DNA from: a candidate division WOR-3 bacterium
GTDB lineage: Bacteria > Hydrothermota > Tepidihabitantia > Tepidihabitantales > Tepidihabitantaceae
Reading direction: 5' to 3'
Assembly: GCA_965649205.1 (NCBI GenBank)
Contig: CBFGJV010000006.1
Span: 41,611-105,610 of the forward strand
Length of the DNA stretch: 64,000 nt
The notes beneath the pieces were generated by a model. That model ran no database searches. It was not told where the DNA came from and saw nothing but the letters and a program-made list of their open reading frames with translations. The position numbers were made by a program, and so were the translations under genes. Below are positions 20,704-31,174 of this stretch, piece by piece; positions within the stretch are counted from its first letter, which is position 1; every line of letters begins with the position of its first letter.

Positions 20704-21085
20704 ATTATTGCGTGCTGCCTGTAGTGCTTCAAGCCGGGCATACGCACCCTATTCCGGATTCAAAGTAGGAGCCGCCCTTCTTGATGAAAAGGGGCGTGTA
20801 CATGCAGGCTGTAATGTAGAAAATTCATCCTATGGCCTGACAATCTGTGCAGAACGGGCCGCTATATGCAAAGCCGTGTCTGCAGGCGCAAAACAGATAA
20901 GAGCCATTGCGGTCTATGCGCAGTCGCCGGTACTCACCTATCCTTGCGGCGCCTGTCTGCAGGTGATATTTGAGTTTGGCCCGCAGGCCGAAGTGATCCT
21001 ATCCAACGGCACGCAGATAAGACAGTACTCTATGCCTAAACTGTTGCCTTGTGGTTTTCGCCTTGCCCCAGCCCGCAGCGAATAA
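20681..21085 (+). CDS. cdd: Cytidine deaminase
   Basis: YAPYS, NVEN, CAER and PCGAC motifs. Confidence 0.96.
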   Translation: MNTILTARLLRAACSASSRAYAPYSGFKVGAALLDEKGRVHAGCNVENSSYGLTICAERAAICKAVSAGAKQIRAIAVYAQSPVLTYPCGACLQVIFEFGPQAEVILSNGTQIRQYSMPKLLPCGFRLAPARSE

Positions 21086-21108
21086 GGATTGCTTGGCGGT
21101 AGAATTTT

Positions 21109-22359
21109 TCAGTCTATTCTTTCCAGCCCGGACATATAAGGCCGCAGAACTGGGGGAATCAAAACTGAACCGTCAGCCTGCTGATAGTTCTCCAATATCG
21201 CCACAAAAATACGGGGCAAAGCCAGAGCGGAAGCGTTCAATGCGTGCGGATAGTAGGTAATGCCCTCATCGGTTCTGACTCTTATGTTCCCCCGTCGAGT
21301 CTGATAGTCCTCACAATTCGAAGCCGAAGAAACCTCCAACCACCGTGCCACGCCCGCCGCCCATACCTCCAAATCATACGTTTTGGCTGATTGGAAAGCA
21401 ATATCCCAAGCAGCCAGCCGCTTCACCCGATAGGGCAATCCCAAATCACGCAGAAGACTTTCTGCCTCTGAACGCATCTCTTCCAGTGCAGCATATGATT
21501 CTTCGGGTTTCACCAGGCGCACTATCTCCACTTTGTCAAACTGATGAATCCTTATCATCCCGCGTACGTCCTTGCCGTACGAACCGGCTTCGCGTCTGAA
21601 ACAGGGAGTGTAAGCTACGTACTTCAGAGGCAGGTTTGCTTCTGGGATTGTCTGGCCACGATGATAACTCACCAGTTGCGGCTCAGCCGTAGGAATAAGA
21701 TAGAAGCTGTCATCCCGCGTTGTATACATTTCTGTCTCCAAATGAGGTAACTGCCCAGCAGCTTCCAGCGTAACAACATTAGCCAGTACTGGCGGTGCAA
21801 TCTCCGTATAACCATGACGTCTGACATTGACATCGAGAAAATAGTTGATGAGAGCTCGTTCCAGTAATGCCCCCTTGCCTCTGAACACCACAAACCTGGA
21901 GCCAGACAACCGAGCTGCTGCTTCCAAGTCAATTATGTTCAGAGCTGCGCCCAAATCCCAATGTGCCAGCGGCTCGAAGCTGAAACTCGGCAATTCGCCC
22001 CATTCTCCCACAATTTCTTCCTCTGCCGTCACCGATTCATGTACTCGATTAGGAAGAGCCCTTACCATATTTTCCAGCTCCGCATCCAGGGCGGCCAGCT
22101 CGGTTTCCAACCGCTTTATCTCATCTGAAAGTTGTCGAGCCTCTGCCTGCATTTCTGCGCAATCCCTGCCGGCACGTCTTTCCTGAAAAACTCGTTCCGA
22201 TACCTGTTTTTGCTTATGACGCAATTCATCCCTTGTGGCCGATATTTTCCTCCGTTTTGCATCCAGCTCCAGCATACGGTCCAAGTCGTGCTTAAACCTG
22301 CGCAACTCCAGCATACGGCGGACTTCTTCCGGCCGTTCACGCACCAGTTTCAAATTCAT
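21109..22359 (-). CDS. serS: Seryl-tRNA synthetase
   Basis: N-terminal coiled coil, LIPTAE, CFRREAG, HQFDKVE, KTYDLEVW and EVSSAS motifs. Confidence 0.97.
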   Translation of the reverse strand: MNLKLVRERPEEVRRMLELRRFKHDLDRMLELDAKRRKISATRDELRHKQKQVSERVFQERRAGRDCAEMQAEARQLSDEIKRLETELAALDAELENMVRALPNRVHESVTAEEEIVGEWGELPSFSFEPLAHWDLGAALNIIDLEAAARLSGSRFVVFRGKGALLERALINYFLDVNVRRHGYTEIAPPVLANVVTLEAAGQLPHLETEMYTTRDDSFYLIPTAEPQLVSYHRGQTIPEANLPLKYVAYTPCFRREAGSYGKDVRGMIRIHQFDKVEIVRLVKPEESYAALEEMRSEAESLLRDLGLPYRVKRLAAWDIAFQSAKTYDLEVWAAGVARWLEVSSASNCEDYQTRRGNIRVRTDEGITYYPHALNASALALPRIFVAILENYQQADGSVLIPPVLRPYMSGLERID

Positions 22360-22984
22360 AGGGTATTCTATGAGACACTTCTTTTCTCGTCAATTTCTCC
22401 GCCCGGGAAATCATCTCCGCAGCTGCCTTTACCAGAAAATCATATTCTACATTCACCTTGCTCCCTCCTCTCAATTCCTTCAGGTTTGTATTCTCCCAGG
22501 TATACGGAATCACATTGACGTGGAAGCAAGTTTGAGTTACAAGGGCCACGGTCAGACTCACACCATTCACGCACACAGAACCGCGGTCAACCAGAACTCG
22601 TGCTCCTCTGCTGGTGAGCTGCAGACTAATCTCCCAGTACCCCGACCTACGCTCCACCTTACGTACCTGCAGCACTTCATCCACATGTCCCTGAACAAAG
22701 TGTCCTCCCAGCCGTTCGCCCACCATCAGAGCCCGCTCCAGATTCACCCGCGAACCTACCTTCAGACTGCCTAACGTAGTTGCTTTCAGTGTAGCCGCCA
22801 CCGCCTCTACCTCAAAACTTTGTCCAGTTGCCTTCACCACCGTCAGACAGCATCCGTCTACGGCGACGCTGTCACCCTGCCTCAGCTGCCCTGCGAACTT
22901 TGCGGCAACACGCAAGCTGCGGTTATCTCCGAGTCCTGAAATTCGCAGAACCTTGCCAACTTCCTCTATGAGCCCGGTAAACAC
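22337..22984 (-). CDS. ribE: Riboflavin synthase alpha chain
   Basis: MFTGL, GCCLT, VNLERA and GGHFVQGHVD motifs. Confidence 0.96.
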   Translation of the reverse strand: MFTGLIEEVGKVLRISGLGDNRSLRVAAKFAGQLRQGDSVAVDGCCLTVVKATGQSFEVEAVAATLKATTLGSLKVGSRVNLERALMVGERLGGHFVQGHVDEVLQVRKVERRSGYWEISLQLTSRGARVLVDRGSVCVNGVSLTVALVTQTCFHVNVIPYTWENTNLKELRGGSKVNVEYDFLVKAAAEMISRAEKLTRKEVSHRIPYEFETGA

Positions 22985-22986
22985 TG

Positions 22987-24093
22987 TTAGTTCATAACTT
23001 TCATGGACCTAGCCGGACCGACTACATACCCTTCAGTCAACACATCCTCGCCAAAACACCTGTGCCGGACCTTCTGCAGAACCAGTGCCCGTCCAAAGCT
23101 ACGCGGCTTCATCCTGGCACCAAAACTTCGACCCGGTCCTATAATTTTCGGAGCGTGAAAGAAACATATCTTGTCCACGATGCCGGCATCCATAGCCGTG
23201 GCGGCCACCATTGCCCCACCTTCCACCAAAACCGACATAACTTCCCGACGATATAACTCGGCCAAAATGCGAGACCACGACAAAATTCCTGACTTATTTC
23301 CCCTGCCTATCGCCACCACCTCTGCTCCAGCTCGTTCCAACAGCTCTCTCCGTTTCTGGTCGCGCGAACTGGTAAACACCAGCGCAATTCCTTTACCTCT
23401 TAGAAATCGGCTGCGAGAGGAAACTCTCAACTCAGAATCCAGCACCACCTTCAACAAGGGCCGCCTCCGATTCAACCGACAATCCAAACTGGGGTCATCA
23501 TATAGTATCGTTCCCGCTCCCACGAGCACTGCGTCCGACGCCTGCCGCAGTTTCTGCACTTCTCTCCTTGCCTTTTCACCTGTAATCCACTGCGACTCCC
23601 CCCTGCTAGTTGCCACCATGCCATCCAGACTCAGAGCCAGTTTCAGAGTGACAAAAGGCCTGTGCCGCGTATGGTAACTAAAATACCCCTCATTCAGACG
23701 TTTCGCCTCTTCGGTCAGCATCCCCACCTGTGTAAATATCCCAGCCTCAGACAAACACTTCATTCCCCGACCCCGGACTCGAGGATGAGGGTCCAGCGTA
23801 GCCGCAAAAACGCGTCTTACGCCGGCTCGTATCAAAGCATCGGTGCAAGCACCGGTCTTACCGCAAAAACAACAAGGCTCCATGGAAACGAAGAGGTCAG
23901 CCCCGCGAGCCCTGGCTCCCGCCTGCTTTAGAGCTTCAATCTCTGCATGTGGCCCACCGAAACGGCGATGATAACCACATCCAACTAACTTGTTTCCCTT
24001 GACCAGTACTGCTCCCACCATTGGATTTGGAGAAGTGAAACCCTGGCCGCGTCGCGCCAGACGCAAAGCCAGACGCATCATCTGCTCGGACAC
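22987..24093 (-). CDS. ribD: Bifunctional riboflavin deaminase/reductase RibD
   Basis: NPMVG, HAE, EPCC, SLDG and VEGG motifs; probable leaderless GTG at 24093. Confidence 0.96.
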   Translation of the reverse strand: MSEQMMRLALRLARRGQGFTSPNPMVGAVLVKGNKLVGCGYHRRFGGPHAEIEALKQAGARARGADLFVSMEPCCFCGKTGACTDALIRAGVRRVFAATLDPHPRVRGRGMKCLSEAGIFTQVGMLTEEAKRLNEGYFSYHTRHRPFVTLKLALSLDGMVATSRGESQWITGEKARREVQKLRQASDAVLVGAGTILYDDPSLDCRLNRRRPLLKVVLDSELRVSSRSRFLRGKGIALVFTSSRDQKRRELLERAGAEVVAIGRGNKSGILSWSRILAELYRREVMSVLVEGGAMVAATAMDAGIVDKICFFHAPKIIGPGRSFGARMKPRSFGRALVLQKVRHRCFGEDVLTEGYVVGPARSMKVMN

Positions 24094-24098
24094 GGCCA

Positions 24099-24126
24099 AT
24101 CATAGAACTGCTTCCCTCGATGTCAA
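24099..24126 (-). promoter_or_regulatory. Promoter of ribD-ribE-serS (TTGACA-16-TATGAT)
   Basis: Motif match, 5 nt upstream of the GTG. Confidence 0.7.
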
Positions 24127-24167
24127 GCACGGGCAGGATAGGGCCTTGGAACGAAGAGAAATTCTAC

Positions 24168-25211
24168 TTATCTGTCTGCATCGCCGGGCTGGCTCTGGCT
24201 TTCCTGCCTGCGCCCGGAATCTAACTTGGGGAAAAAGGCCTCATCGGCCCGAAAAAACTGCGGAACTGTTATCCAGCTTCTCACCTTCCGACCCTCTTTT
24301 ATGGCCGGTCGAAATTTGGCCCTTTGTACATTGAGCAAGGCAATCGTGTCCAGAAACCTGACTCCGCTGGAACGCTCAAGTTCCAACCGGGAAACAGACC
24401 CATCTGGTTCTATCAGCGCCCTGACGAGAACAGTAGCCGTGTCTTCAGGTTTTACTCTGGGCAACTCGGCAATACTGACAACCTCTGCCGGCTGGTCAAC
24501 CGGTGCCGGTATCGGCAAAGGCAAAACTGCAGAAGGTTTCTCCGCCGGTGTACTTACACCTCGAGCAACTGTTACAGCTCCCTTTTCGGACGCAATCCGC
24601 ACCTTTGCTACAGTGACCACCGCTTCTGGTTGAGAATCTGTGCCTGGTGCACTAGTGGCGGAGTGATATTCACGGCGAGAAGGCTGACTCTCAACCTCCG
24701 CCTCTGTCCTGTTTTCATAGTCTTTTACAGCGGAAACTACATTTTTCAACGACTCTGGAGCCCTCCTACCACGACCAGATTCCTCCGTCAGTGACATAGA
24801 ATCCGGCGTGCGTGACGCTGTCCCGTCGACACCCGGTTTCTGCGTTCCGCTCCATAACTGCCACCCGATAACCGCCAGAACCACTATAACCGCCAGCCCG
24901 CCAGCCAAGACTGCTACCCGAAACCACGAAAACACCGGTTCGAATGTCTGGTGAAGTCGTCTCCTGCCCATCCCGCGGATACGTTTCCACACCTGTTGTC
25001 TGTGCCAGTCCCAGTAGTCATCAGCCAATTCCGGGCCGGTGTCTCTCTCCTTCACTAATCGGTACAGGGTTTCCAGTGTCGCCAGCTCGGCCCGACAGCC
25101 CGCACAAACCCGCAGGTGTTCCTCCACTCGTAACCTGTGAATGGTATCCAGCTCTCCATCCAGATAGGCTCCCAACCATTGCAAACAACTCTGACAGTCG
25201 TGCTTCATCAC
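24168..25211 (-). CDS. Zinc-finger (zf-HC2) anti-sigma factor with TM helix and C-terminal TonB_C-like domain
   Basis: AYLDGEL...EEHLRVCAGC; TM segment; VLVRALIEPDGSV...RSSG...LD...FRPA...G. Confidence 0.85.
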   Translation of the reverse strand: MMKHDCQSCLQWLGAYLDGELDTIHRLRVEEHLRVCAGCRAELATLETLYRLVKERDTGPELADDYWDWHRQQVWKRIRGMGRRRLHQTFEPVFSWFRVAVLAGGLAVIVVLAVIGWQLWSGTQKPGVDGTASRTPDSMSLTEESGRGRRAPESLKNVVSAVKDYENRTEAEVESQPSRREYHSATSAPGTDSQPEAVVTVAKVRIASEKGAVTVARGVSTPAEKPSAVLPLPIPAPVDQPAEVVSIAELPRVKPEDTATVLVRALIEPDGSVSRLELERSSGVRFLDTIALLNVQRAKFRPAIKEGRKVRSWITVPQFFRADEAFFPKLDSGRRQESQSQPGDADR

Positions 25212-25777
25212 GATGGTAAATAGTCTTTCAACAATTCTCGCAACTTAAGCCGTGCCCGGTTGAGACGGGACATCACCGTCCCAACCGGAATCCTCAAAGA
25301 GTGTGCTATTTCACTGTAGCTCAATTCATCCCTGACGCGCAATACGAAAACCGCTCGCTGGTCAGGAGGTAGCCGGGTTAGAGCTCTGTCCAAGTCACGG
25401 GAAAGCTCCGCCTCGGCTGGAGACCCTGCCGGATCTGGTACGTCCTGCCATTCCGCCCCGGCTTCACCCGCAGGCAACGGTACGGTGCGCTGCTGTCTGT
25501 TACGTTTGAAATGGTTCATGCACAAATTCACGCAGATACGGTGCAACCAGGTGTAGAATCGGTAATGTTCGTCGTACCGACCTATAGCGCGATAGGCGCG
25601 CACGAAGGTCTCCTGACAAATGTCTTCTGCATCCGGGTGGCTGCGTACCAGCGAATAAGCCAACCGATAAATAGCTTGATTGTATCGTCTCATGAGTTCA
25701 TCGAAAGCCCGGGTATCGCCTTTCTGCACCAGCCGGATAAGTTCCAGGTCCGACACTGTGCCTTGTGGTTCACCCAT
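25208..25777 (-). CDS. ECF RNA polymerase sigma factor
   Basis: DAEDICQETF, FYTWLHRI and LSYSEIA...GTVMSRLNRAR motifs; coupled to the anti-sigma gene. Confidence 0.95.
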   Translation of the reverse strand: MGEPQGTVSDLELIRLVQKGDTRAFDELMRRYNQAIYRLAYSLVRSHPDAEDICQETFVRAYRAIGRYDEHYRFYTWLHRICVNLCMNHFKRNRQQRTVPLPAGEAGAEWQDVPDPAGSPAEAELSRDLDRALTRLPPDQRAVFVLRVRDELSYSEIAHSLRIPVGTVMSRLNRARLKLRELLKDYLPS

Positions 25778-25782
25778 ATATA

Positions 25783-25810
25783 TTTACGATTGTACCGCTG
25801 CAATTATTCC
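25783..25810 (-). promoter_or_regulatory. Candidate autoregulatory ECF promoter (GGAATA-16-CGTAAA)
   Basis: Resembles GGAAC...CGT ECF promoters; lies 5 nt before the sigma ATG, with no SD. Confidence 0.5.
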
Positions 25811-25834
25811 CTGATAAGTGACGGCCCATCTTGT

Positions 25835-25865
25835 AAAAAAGACAAACCGCTTCCTGGTGAAGCGG
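25835..25865 (-). terminator. Intrinsic terminator after secY
   Basis: CCGCTTC/GAAGCGG stem followed by TTTGTCTTTTTT on the minus strand. Confidence 0.7.
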
Positions 25866-25927
25866 CATCTGTGGGAACGAGTCTTTCTAGGTTTTCCGGC
25901 TGCAGCTTCCGTAGTCGTCAGTCCCGA

Positions 25928-27238
25928 CTAGCCGAACCTGCGTCCTTGGAACTTGCCGCCCTTGATTAATCCTTCGTAATGGCGCATAACCAGATGTGCT
26001 TCTATCTGCTGTAGGGTATCCAGAGCCACACCCACAATAATCATCAGAGTTGTACCGCCAAAGTAAAAGGGAACCCTGAATACGTTCATCAGATACAAGG
26101 GCAGAAGCGCCATAACCACCAGAAAAAGAGCCCCAGGCAGAGTGATAAGAGACAGCCGCCGGTCTATGTAACGGGCCGTATTCTCACCCGGCCTGATTCC
26201 GGGAATAAACCCTCCATACCGCTGCATGTTATCAGCCAAGTCCAGAGGATTAAATACTACCGAAGTATAAAAGTAGGTGAAAAAGATAATCAGCGCTGCA
26301 AACAGCAGATTATATAGCCATCCGCCAGCAGACAGAATGCTGGCCAGTGTTTGGAAAAACGGAAGTTTGATAAGTCCCGCCAAGGTGGAAGGAAACACCA
26401 CCAGACTCTGAGCAAAAATAATGGGGATCACCCCAGCGGTGACCACGCGCAAAGGAATGTGAGTTGACTGTCCCCCGTACATCTTGCGGCCGACAATGCG
26501 CTTCGGATACTGAACCGGTATCTTGCGTACGGCCATCGTCATCATTACCACACCGGCATACACGCCAAACACCATAAGACCAATGATGATGAGCGCCAGC
26601 CAGGAAAGCTCGCCTGCCCGCACCATGGCAAAGGCTCGACCAATATCAGCTGGAGTAGAATCCAGACAACCTACAAGTATCAGGAAAGAAATACCGTTGC
26701 CAATTCCCCGGTCCGTTATCTGCTCGCCCAGCCACATAACAAATATGGTACCGGCGGTAAGAGTGAAAACTGTCATCAGACGAAAGAAAAAGCCCGGGTT
26801 CATCACGATGGGTCCGAATGCGGTCGGCGCCTGATTCTCCAGGTAAACTGCAATGCTGGCCGATTGAATAATAGCCAGCCCAACCGTGGCATAACGAGTG
26901 TATTGGTTTATCTTCTTACGCCCTTCTTCATCGCGCTGCAGCTTTTCCAAATAGGGAAAAACCGAACCCATGAGCTGGAAAATAATGGAAGCGGAGATGT
27001 AAGGCATCACCCCTAACGCAAACACCGAAGCACGGGAAAGCGCACCCCCTACAAAAATGTCGTACAGACCGAACACTGTCCCCCGCAACTGACCCAGAAG
27101 ATAACCCAGAGCCTGACCATTGATACCGGGTACTGGGACATGAGTACCTAACCGGTAGACCACTATCATGGCCAGAGTAAAAATTATCTTCTTACGCAGA
27201 TCTGGAATCTTGAATATATTGGGAGCGCTGCCCAGCAT
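25928..27238 (-). CDS. secY: Preprotein translocase SecY
   Basis: ALGVMPYISASII, WLGEQIT..GIGNG, GVIPIIFA, FIPGIRPG and FGGT motifs. Confidence 0.98.
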   Translation of the reverse strand: MLGSAPNIFKIPDLRKKIIFTLAMIVVYRLGTHVPVPGINGQALGYLLGQLRGTVFGLYDIFVGGALSRASVFALGVMPYISASIIFQLMGSVFPYLEKLQRDEEGRKKINQYTRYATVGLAIIQSASIAVYLENQAPTAFGPIVMNPGFFFRLMTVFTLTAGTIFVMWLGEQITDRGIGNGISFLILVGCLDSTPADIGRAFAMVRAGELSWLALIIIGLMVFGVYAGVVMMTMAVRKIPVQYPKRIVGRKMYGGQSTHIPLRVVTAGVIPIIFAQSLVVFPSTLAGLIKLPFFQTLASILSAGGWLYNLLFAALIIFFTYFYTSVVFNPLDLADNMQRYGGFIPGIRPGENTARYIDRRLSLITLPGALFLVVMALLPLYLMNVFRVPFYFGGTTLMIIVGVALDTLQQIEAHLVMRHYEGLIKGGKFQGRRFG

Positions 27239-27243
27239 CTCAG

Positions 27244-27696
27244 TTACTTCCCTGCCGCAATGGGCACTACTTCAGCTTTGCCGCCAACCGCTTCGATCTT
27301 TTCTTTCGCCGTCTTGGAAAAAGCGTGAGCCTGCACCACAATTGGCCCGGCCAACTCTCCGTCTCCAAGTATCTTAACCCGGTTGCCGCGCTTCACCACG
27401 CCCCGCTCGCGCAATACTTCGGGGGTAATCTTGTCAGTCTGCATCTTGGCCAGACTGGCCAGATTCACCACCTCGTATTCCTGCCGGCAGTAATTCTTAA
27501 ATCCCCGTTTGGGGATGCGGCGATAGAAAGGCATTTGGCCGCCCTCAAAGCGGGCGTCAAATTCAGGTGCAGAATGTTGACCTGCGCCTTTGTGGCCCCG
27601 GCCTGAAGTCTTGCCGTGACCAGACCCCGGCCCACAACCGCGCCGCTTACGTCGCTTGGTCGCTCCGGGATTAGGAGACAACTCTACCAGTCTCAC
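27244..27696 (-). CDS. rplO: 50S ribosomal protein L15
   Basis: GSGHGKTSGRGHKG, FEGGQMP and RRIPKRGF motifs. Confidence 0.97.
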   Translation of the reverse strand: MRLVELSPNPGATKRRKRRGCGPGSGHGKTSGRGHKGAGQHSAPEFDARFEGGQMPFYRRIPKRGFKNYCRQEYEVVNLASLAKMQTDKITPEVLRERGVVKRGNRVKILGDGELAGPIVVQAHAFSKTAKEKIEAVGGKAEVVPIAAGK

Positions 27697-27872
27697 AATT
27701 CCTCCACCTTTACCAGGTGCTTAACCTTGAACAACATACCTCTAATAAGCGGTTCATCTCTGTGCACGCGCACCATCCCCCTTCGCCGCAAACCCAGGGC
27801 CAGAGCCGTCTTTCTGACCCCCGGTTTCTGATCAATCAGGCTACGCACCAGTGTAACTTTCAACTGTTTCAT
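27693..27872 (-). CDS. rpmD: 50S ribosomal protein L30 (59 aa, absent from the ORF track)
   Basis: Manual translation [32 protein letters not shown]...RGMLFKVKHLVKVEEL; lies between rpsE and rplO. Confidence 0.95.
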   Translation of the reverse strand: MKQLKVTLVRSLIDQKPGVRKTALALGLRRRGMVRVHRDEPLIRGMLFKVKHLVKVEEL

Positions 27873-28404
27873 GAGCTCTTTCCCTTTTCACAAAATGAGA
27901 AATCGGCTTGTTGCAGGCACGGGCCACCTGGTCGATGGTACGAAGTTTCTTCAGCGCAATAATTGTGGCGCGCGCCGTACTGTAGGGATTGCGCGACCCC
28001 AGAGACTTAGATAAGGCATCCTTCAGCCCCACCGCTTCCAGCACTGCGCGTACGTGACTGCAAGCAATCAGACCGGTACCAGCTGCTGCCGGTCTTACCA
28101 ACACCTTGCTAGCCCGGAACTTACCATAGGTTTCATGCGGTATCGTACGACCCTTGACTGAAACCTTGACCATATCTTTCTTGGCACGGGCTGTAGCCTT
28201 GCGCACCGCAGCCGCCACTTCGGACGACTTGCCATGACCCAACCCCACCTGACCCGCACCGTCTCCTACGACAACCGCGGCGGAAAGCTTCATCCGCTTG
28301 CCGCCTTTCACAACCTTGGATACGCGCTTTATGTCTATAACCCGTTCAATGAGCTCTTGCTCAGGCAGGCTCAGTTCGTTTTCGGTATCGTGCTGTTCAA
28401 TCAA
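27841..28404 (-). CDS. rpsE: 30S ribosomal protein S5
   Basis: [20 protein letters not shown] and [10 protein letters not shown] motifs. Confidence 0.97.
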   Translation of the reverse strand: MIEQHDTENELSLPEQELIERVIDIKRVSKVVKGGKRMKLSAAVVVGDGAGQVGLGHGKSSEVAAAVRKATARAKKDMVKVSVKGRTIPHETYGKFRASKVLVRPAAAGTGLIACSHVRAVLEAVGLKDALSKSLGSRNPYSTARATIIALKKLRTIDQVARACNKPISHFVKRERAHETVESYTGA

Positions 28405-28748
28405 AACTTCAGTCCTCCTTCGCGCGCGCCATCAGCCACAGCCTTTACGCGACCGTGATAATTATAGCCCGCGCGGTCAAAAACCACGGCGGTTATGCCC
28501 AGCTCTTTTGCTTTAGCCGCAATTAACCGCCCTACTTCCTTGGCCGCTTCCATCCGCTTCAGCTTTTTCTCTCTTATCGCCGGTGTCAAAGAAGAAACAC
28601 CGGTCAGAACCCTACTTGCGGAATCATCCACCAGTTGGGCAAACATATTGGCATTACTACGCTTTACGCAAAGACGGGGACGCTCGGCTGTGCCGACCAC
28701 CCGCTTGCGTATATGCAGGTGACGTCTTTTTCTGGGATTCCGAATCAT
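28401..28748 (-). CDS. rplR: 50S ribosomal protein L18 (leaderless ATG at 28748)
   Basis: [20 protein letters not shown] and AREGGLKF motifs. Confidence 0.96.
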   Translation of the reverse strand: MIRNPRKRRHLHIRKRVVGTAERPRLCVKRSNANMFAQLVDDSASRVLTGVSSLTPAIREKKLKRMEAAKEVGRLIAAKAKELGITAVVFDRAGYNYHGRVKAVADGAREGGLKF

Positions 28749-28755
28749 TCTGGCA

Positions 28756-28783
28756 ATACTATCCGAAAAACCATTTTTGTCAA
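28756..28783 (-). promoter_or_regulatory. Promoter of the rplR-secY block (TTGACA-16-TAGTAT)
   Basis: Motif match in the ddl-rplR gap, 7 nt upstream of the ATG. Confidence 0.7.
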
Positions 28784-28789
28784 CCTCAT

Positions 28790-29737
28790 TCAATCCAACG
28801 TCTGGGCGAGTATCCGAAATATCAACTCATCATAGGAAATGCCTGCAGCCTGGGCCTCGGCCGGCAGGTCCGACATATCTGTAAGACCGGGAAGCGTGTT
28901 AATCTCCAGAAAATAGGGATGTTTTCCATCTTTTACTATCAGGTCCAGTCGGGCAAACCCGCGGCAGCCTATCAAGCGGAAAGCCTCCAACGCCATTTCT
29001 GATACCCGTTCCGCAGTTTTCGCGTCCAGACGTGCCGGAACAATGAACTCTGTTTCTCCTCGCGTATACTTTGCCTGAAAATCGTAGAACTGCTGCCGCT
29101 TGGGTACCAGCTCCAGAATAGGTAGTGCCTTGTCCTCCAGAATGCCCACTGTAGCAATCATACCAGATATGAAAGGTTCAATGATAATGTCGCCGTAGCC
29201 CCGGTGCACCTTCAGGCAGATATCTTCTGCCCCTCTCTTGCCAGAAATTACCTCCACGCCCACACTTGAACCTTCGGAACGGGGCTTGACAATCATCGGA
29301 TAACCAAATTTCTTTTCTGCTGTAACAAGTGCTGGCGCAATCTCCTGTTCGGTACGCACGGCCACAAAGTCAGGAGTGGGGATACCCGCCTGCCTGAGCA
29401 GCATTTTCGTCAGCAACTTATCCATTCCAACGGCCGAGGCGGTAACGCCGGAACCGGTATAGGGTATTCCCTCCAACTCGAGGAAACCCTGGATGGTACC
29501 GTCCTCGCCCGGGCGGCCATGCAGAATAACAAACGCAATGTCAATCTTCGCTTTCTTTATCTGAGTGGCAAAACCCCGCGTGATGTCTATGCCGATGCCA
29601 GTCAAACCTTGGTCAGCCAGAGACTTCAACACCCGTTGACCAGAACGGAGAGAAATTTCTCTCTCGCTCGACCACCCGCCCATAAGGACGCCGATCCGGC
29701 GCTTTCTCAACCTGCGCAACAAATCGCTTCTACTCAT
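28790..29737 (-). CDS. ddl: D-alanine--D-alanine ligase
   Basis: [31 protein letters not shown] and EINTLPG motifs. Confidence 0.96.
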   Translation of the reverse strand: MSRSDLLRRLRKRRIGVLMGGWSSEREISLRSGQRVLKSLADQGLTGIGIDITRGFATQIKKAKIDIAFVILHGRPGEDGTIQGFLELEGIPYTGSGVTASAVGMDKLLTKMLLRQAGIPTPDFVAVRTEQEIAPALVTAEKKFGYPMIVKPRSEGSSVGVEVISGKRGAEDICLKVHRGYGDIIIEPFISGMIATVGILEDKALPILELVPKRQQFYDFQAKYTRGETEFIVPARLDAKTAERVSEMALEAFRLIGCRGFARLDLIVKDGKHPYFLEINTLPGLTDMSDLPAEAQAAGISYDELIFRILAQTLD

Positions 29738-29776
29738 AGTGTCTCACCTCTTCAGCATAAAGAACGAGTCCATATT

Positions 29777-31174
29777 CTACCATACCCCGGTTTTCAAATA
29801 CTCGTCTATGGAATTCGCCGCCAATCGGCCGGCGCCCATCGCCAGAATAACCGTTGCCGCACCTATCACTATATCTCCGCCAGCGAAAACACCCTTCTTG
29901 GAGGTCCTGCCGGTCTTGGGATCGGCTACAATCGTGCCCCATTTGGATATCTCCAGACCAGGTGTTGTCTGCGGGATCAGCGGATTAGGACCGTTGCCGA
30001 TCGCAACCACAACGGTGTCAACAGGAATACGAAACTCCGAACCGGGAATAGGAACTGGCCGTCTGCGACCGGACGCATCCGGTTCCCCCAGCTCCATCCG
30101 CAAACACTCTATCTCCCTCACCCACCCTTTTTCGTCTGTAACGTACCGCACGGGATTGGTCAGAAATAAGAATTCTATCCCTTCTTCCTCAGCGTGATGT
30201 ATCTCCGCTGCTCGTGCCGGCATCTCCTCCCTGGACCGTCGGTAGATTACAAGGGACCGCTCTGCTCCCAGTCGCAACGCGGTACGAGCTGCATCCATAG
30301 CCACATTTCCGCCACCAATGGTTGCCACTTGCCTGCCCCGCACTATGGGCGTGTCATAATAGGGAAATAGATAAGCCTTCATAAGATTGGAACGGGTCAG
30401 GTATTCATTAGCGGAATAAATACCCAGAGCATTTTCTCCTGGTATCCCCATAAACCAAGGGCGGCCCGCGCCAGTCCCGATAAACACCGCATCAAATTCC
30501 TCCAGCAGCTCATCCACCGTCTTCGTCATGCCCACCACGTAATTCAATACCAGCTTGGCACCGGTGCGGCACACAAAATCAACTTCTCGCTGTACTATCG
30601 CTTTGGGCAAACGGAATTCCGGTATGCCATACACCAGAACTCCACCCGGTTTATGCAAAGCTTCAAAAATGGTTACCTCGTGTCCCAGTTTCAGACAATC
30701 ACCAGCCACGGTCAACCCGGCAGGCCCTGAACCTACTACTGCCACATTCTTCCCGGTCGGAGGCAACTTCTCGCACATCACGCATTCTGCCTGCTCTGCT
30801 TCCCAATCGGCGATGAACCGTTCCAGATTGCCGATAGCCACCGGTTCCATCTTCTTGCCCAAAACGCACTCACCTTCGCATTGCGTCTCCTGAGGGCAGA
30901 CTCGTCCGCATATAGCCGGCAGCACATTCGTCCGTTTCATTATCTTCATCGCCTCCAGGAAGGCACCCTCGGCAATCTGACTCACGAACCCCGGTATGTC
31001 CACTTCTACCGGACAACCCTTCACACAGGAAGGCTTTCGACACTGCAGACACCTCTGGGCTTCGGCTATGGCTTCTTCCGGCGTATATCCGTACGGCACC
31101 TCGTCAAAATTACGTGCCCTCAGCTTGGGGTCCTGCTCTCGCATCGGCGTACGTTTGGGATTTGGTCTAGCCAC
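29777..31174 (-). CDS. nfnB: NfnB / GltD-like NADPH-dependent flavoprotein (large subunit of NfnAB transhydrogenase)
   Basis: RCLQC..P.C..GCP, CGRVCPQETQCE, GSGPAG, YGIPEFRLP and GGGNVAMD motifs; GTG start at 31174. Confidence 0.88.
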   Translation of the reverse strand: MARPNPKRTPMREQDPKLRARNFDEVPYGYTPEEAIAEAQRCLQCRKPSCVKGCPVEVDIPGFVSQIAEGAFLEAMKIMKRTNVLPAICGRVCPQETQCEGECVLGKKMEPVAIGNLERFIADWEAEQAECVMCEKLPPTGKNVAVVGSGPAGLTVAGDCLKLGHEVTIFEALHKPGGVLVYGIPEFRLPKAIVQREVDFVCRTGAKLVLNYVVGMTKTVDELLEEFDAVFIGTGAGRPWFMGIPGENALGIYSANEYLTRSNLMKAYLFPYYDTPIVRGRQVATIGGGNVAMDAARTALRLGAERSLVIYRRSREEMPARAAEIHHAEEEGIEFLFLTNPVRYVTDEKGWVREIECLRMELGEPDASGRRRPVPIPGSEFRIPVDTVVVAIGNGPNPLIPQTTPGLEISKWGTIVADPKTGRTSKKGVFAGGDIVIGAATVILAMGAGRLAANSIDEYLKTGVW

